A stretch of DNA of 64,000 bases, taken from contig MWCQ01000003.1 in NCBI GenBank assembly GCA_002070105.1, forward strand, positions 143,101 to 207,100. The letters are read 5' to 3'. This stretch comes from Firmicutes bacterium ADurb.Bin193. Its GTDB lineage: Bacteria; Bacillota; Clostridia; Monoglobales; Firm-18. Position numbers and translations under genes: made by a program. Positions within the stretch are counted from its first letter, which is position 1, and each line of letters starts with the position of its first letter. Positions 61,621-64,000 of this stretch are shown here, one piece after another. A model generated the notes under the pieces. The model did not search any database and was not told the DNA's origin. It was given only the letters and a program-made list of their open reading frames with translations.

Positions 61621-62463
61621 CTAAAGCAATTCCTTCAGCGTTTTTCCATTTGAATCCTTCCAGAGGGCATTACCGCTCAAAGATGCCCCGCCGACAAAAC
61701 CAGCTGCAGATGACGGACTTGAGAATAAAACGTCTGATATAAGAATGCCGTTTTTATCAATCTTGTCGGCGTACTTATTTCGATCTTTTATCGCTCTTTC
61801 AGGGCAACTCTTTGTAACAGTCGGATTAATTGCGCTTCCTTTGAAGACCACGAAACCTTCGCTGGTTCTTTTACCAGAAGCCTTTCCTTTTCCATACTCC
61901 AGATAAAGGACCGGCTCATCATTCTCTGCTTCCGGAGCAGGTGCAAAAGGCTCAAAAACTCTATGGCCAAGCGTTCCCATTACGATCTTTGCATAGTCAA
62001 TGAACTCTTCAAGTTCGCTTTCGGTTTCCTCTGTGATGTTTCCGGGATTTGGGTCATTTCCGTTTTTCACAGAATACCGTCCGGCCTGAACAGCCATATT
62101 GCAGAACCGATTTTCAAGGTAGCTTATCTCAGTCGGACCAAATGAATTATTCGTCGTTGTGAACATAATGGCTTCAGTCCAATAATCAATAGAGGTATGC
62201 GGTTCTTGGATTCGGAGCAGAAGGCCTTTTCCATTTTTACGCACTCCGGCCTGACCTATATACACAACAGCATTATCAGATTTATCGGTGCCGAACAGGA
62301 AGTAGACTCCGCTTTGTTTGAGAATATCTAAGTCCTTACATTTATCCAACGCAGTACGAGGAACCTTATATGCAATTCCGGTCCAGTTGGCAAGAGAACA
62401 CTTGATTCTTCCGCTCGGTTCGCCATCCATTAAAAAAAGCTTGATTGTTTTACTTCTCGGCAT
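61621..62463 (-). CDS. GIY-YIG nuclease domain plus DUF4357-like C-terminal domain protein
   Basis: The track ORF extends to 62532. ATG 62463 (MPRSKTIKLFLMDGEP) lies 6 nt after AGGAGG. GIY-YIG hallmarks are GVYFLFG, VVYIGQA and ISYLENRF. The C-terminal half (FVVFKGS...GASLSGNALWKD) resembles DUF4357, from memory. Confidence 0.7.
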   Translation of the reverse strand: MPRSKTIKLFLMDGEPSGRIKCSLANWTGIAYKVPRTALDKCKDLDILKQSGVYFLFGTDKSDNAVVYIGQAGVRKNGKGLLLRIQEPHTSIDYWTEAIMFTTTNNSFGPTEISYLENRFCNMAVQAGRYSVKNGNDPNPGNITEETESELEEFIDYAKIVMGTLGHRVFEPFAPAPEAENDEPVLYLEYGKGKASGKRTSEGFVVFKGSAINPTVTKSCPERAIKDRNKYADKIDKNGILISDVLFSSPSSAAGFVGGASLSGNALWKDSNGKTLKELL

Positions 62464-62510
62464 GCTATTCCTCCTACTTAATCCACAAACAAGTCCGGGA
62501 TTATTCTTAT

Positions 62511-63005
62511 TCACTTCGAGATGCGCTGCCATTTTTCTATAGAGCGCAATATTTCATCTTCATACTTGACTCGAAACACCGTTCTAAATGCACCGAGTGA
62601 ATACTGTATTTGTTGAGATAACGCATCTCGAGGGAAATCCTTTATGAGCACTTTTATGGATCGGCTGTGCTGAAGACACTCGTTTTGATCTGCGTTGTAT
62701 TCGTAATCTCCGGTAACTGTGGCAAGGACATACGTATGGCTTCCCTTTGAAGGGATTAGGACATAATCGCCAATTTGAATCTTCTGAACGAAATCGAGAA
62801 TCTGTCCAACCCAAGTTGCAACAGAAGTTCTATTATCTGTGCACTTCTCATTACCAACAGCAAGTCGGAGTTCTTCCTTTGTCTTTATGGCCTTAAAGTC
62901 ATAATGATATCCATCCCACGGAAGAAATACCCTCTGAGATTCCAGTATTGCATCGTAATATATTGAATTACGTCCAGCTCTGATTAACCACATCATATGC
63001 ATCAT
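62511..63005 (-). CDS. stand-alone domain protein resembling the N-terminal module of Mrr-type restriction proteins
   Basis: 164 aa (true start probably the 4th or 5th Met, MWLIRAGR). Pattern: MWLIRAG...GDYVLIPSKGSHTYVLATVTGDYEY...HSRSIKVL...RDALS...SLGAFRTVFRV. No nuclease motif is present and the ORF ends right after the module. Confidence 0.55.
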   Translation of the reverse strand: MMHMMWLIRAGRNSIYYDAILESQRVFLPWDGYHYDFKAIKTKEELRLAVGNEKCTDNRTSVATWVGQILDFVQKIQIGDYVLIPSKGSHTYVLATVTGDYEYNADQNECLQHSRSIKVLIKDFPRDALSQQIQYSLGAFRTVFRVKYEDEILRSIEKWQRISK

Positions 63006-63040
63006 TCCTCGCTTGAAACGAATTCCAGACCAGAATCTAA

Positions 63041-64000
63041 CTAAAACAACGTTAGCTGTGTATAGCCGTATACTTTGCCGTCATCTATAGCAAAGTCCGA
63101 AATATACTCTTTGAATTCGCCAAGTTCCATTGTCCCATACTGTTCACACATTTCGCTTGCCTTCAAATAACAATCTAAAAGCGAAAAAGTACCAGTTTCT
63201 AAAATCTTGTTCATGGATTCAACGACGGCATTTTTCAGAAGTTTCGTCTTTTTCTTGTATCCATCCTTGATGATGTACATCCCTGCCTTCTTGTCATAAT
63301 CAAAAATGGAACTAATAATAGAATCCTTATCTGCAAGCAGCCGATAATCCATATTATTTTTGAGCCATGCGATGATAAATTCTCTATCAAGTATAGTTTT
63401 GGCGATTCTTCCTTCTCGTGAATTAGCGACAAAACACAGATGTGACAGCACAGGAGATAAATCCTTTGATACTTTGACCTCCGTGTTAAGAGTGTAGACA
63501 GAATACACGTCACTAATATAGCTGGAATTGATCGACATTTGCGCCTTTGAGGAAATAACAGCAGGTATTTGATAAAAGACGCTTTCACAGACAAACCCAT
63601 TGTTTTGAAGCGCAGCAATCAGAGCCGTCCAAGCCCTCATGTCGTTGTTATTGAATGTAATAAGAAGTTTACCCGTTTCTGTCAAATGCCGAGTAAAGCA
63701 ACACATATACTCATCAAGCTTTTGGGAATAATTCTCCCATGAGGCCGATTTGTCCATTCTGTCACTTACGCTGATATCTTCATCGGAACAAGGAATATCC
63801 TTGAGAAAGCTATTCCAAATATTCGAGAACTCTGTATATGGAACGCTATCCCCATAGGGAGGATCTAAAAAGATTAGATCCGCCTTAAGATCAGAGTATT
63901 CGTTGCGATTCAATAGCTCCAATGAATTCCCGTGAATGATTTTAGCTTCAGCATTGATAGGAGTTTGCGAGAGGGCTACTAAGGCCTTTTTAAACTTCGA
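63041..64000 (-). CDS. DNA (N6-adenine/N4-cytosine) methyltransferase, 5' end outside window
   Basis: The track starts it at a TTG, but my translation keeps the frame open to position 64000 (SKFKKALVALSQTPINAEAKIIHGNSLELLNRNEYSDLKADLIFLDPPYG). Motif IV DPPY is present. No GxG motif occurs in the 270 aa after it, so motif I should lie upstream, outside the window. Confidence 0.75.
   Translation of the reverse strand, partial: SKFKKALVALSQTPINAEAKIIHGNSLELLNRNEYSDLKADLIFLDPPYGDSVPYTEFSNIWNSFLKDIPCSDEDISVSDRMDKSASWENYSQKLDEYMCCFTRHLTETGKLLITFNNNDMRAWTALIAALQNNGFVCESVFYQIPAVISSKAQMSINSSYISDVYSVYTLNTEVKVSKDLSPVLSHLCFVANSREGRIAKTILDREFIIAWLKNNMDYRLLADKDSIISSIFDYDKKAGMYIIKDGYKKKTKLLKNAVVESMNKILETGTFSLLDCYLKASEMCEQYGTMELGEFKEYISDFAIDDGKVYGYTQLTLF

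Noticed and set aside
63919-63922. Track start codon of the methyltransferase ORF
   Set aside because: My hand count puts the TTG one base away from the track coordinate, and I could not resolve the discrepancy without tools. This does not matter, because the reading frame is open upstream to the window edge and the real start is outside the window.

Overview
This window looks like the chromosomal replication-origin region of a spore-forming Firmicute (Clostridia-like), joined at about 41.5 kb to a lower-GC accessory island. All calls rest on reading the sequence and on remembered family motifs; no searches or structure predictions were run.

Core, 1-41.4 kb:
- Transport and envelope genes: a partial SulP permease, a TauE/DUF1634 pair and an SLH S-layer protein.
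- pyrG and rqcH, then a perfect palindromic parS followed by soj and spo0J.
- serS, ispE, wecB, a tagO-like transferase, trpS with an aminotransferase, cca and an MGDG-synthase-like glycosyltransferase.
- A frameshifted XRE/S24 repressor.
- pdaA-like, spoIVB and spo0A.
- The canonical block dnaA, oriC, dnaN, yaaA, recF, remB, gyrB, gyrA. The DnaA-box cluster lies in the dnaA-dnaN spacer.
- A few small surface or sensor genes.

Island, about 41.5 kb to beyond 64 kb, almost entirely on the minus strand:
- A tightly packed five-gene operon of uncharacterised surface or secreted proteins.
- Two fragments of tandem large serine recombinases.
- An IS21-family element (istA/istB).
- A defence cluster: tyrosine integrase, half hsdS, hsdR, a class III Fic, an hsdS with two nucleotide-identical TRD halves, and a 5'-truncated hsdM.
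- Upstream of that cluster, a separate three-gene cassette: a DNA methyltransferase, a stand-alone Mrr-N-like domain protein, and a GIY-YIG/DUF4357 nuclease.

The three-gene cassette is my best candidate for an undescribed restriction-type system. The Fic gene embedded in the Type I operon and the decayed hsdS inversion switch come next.
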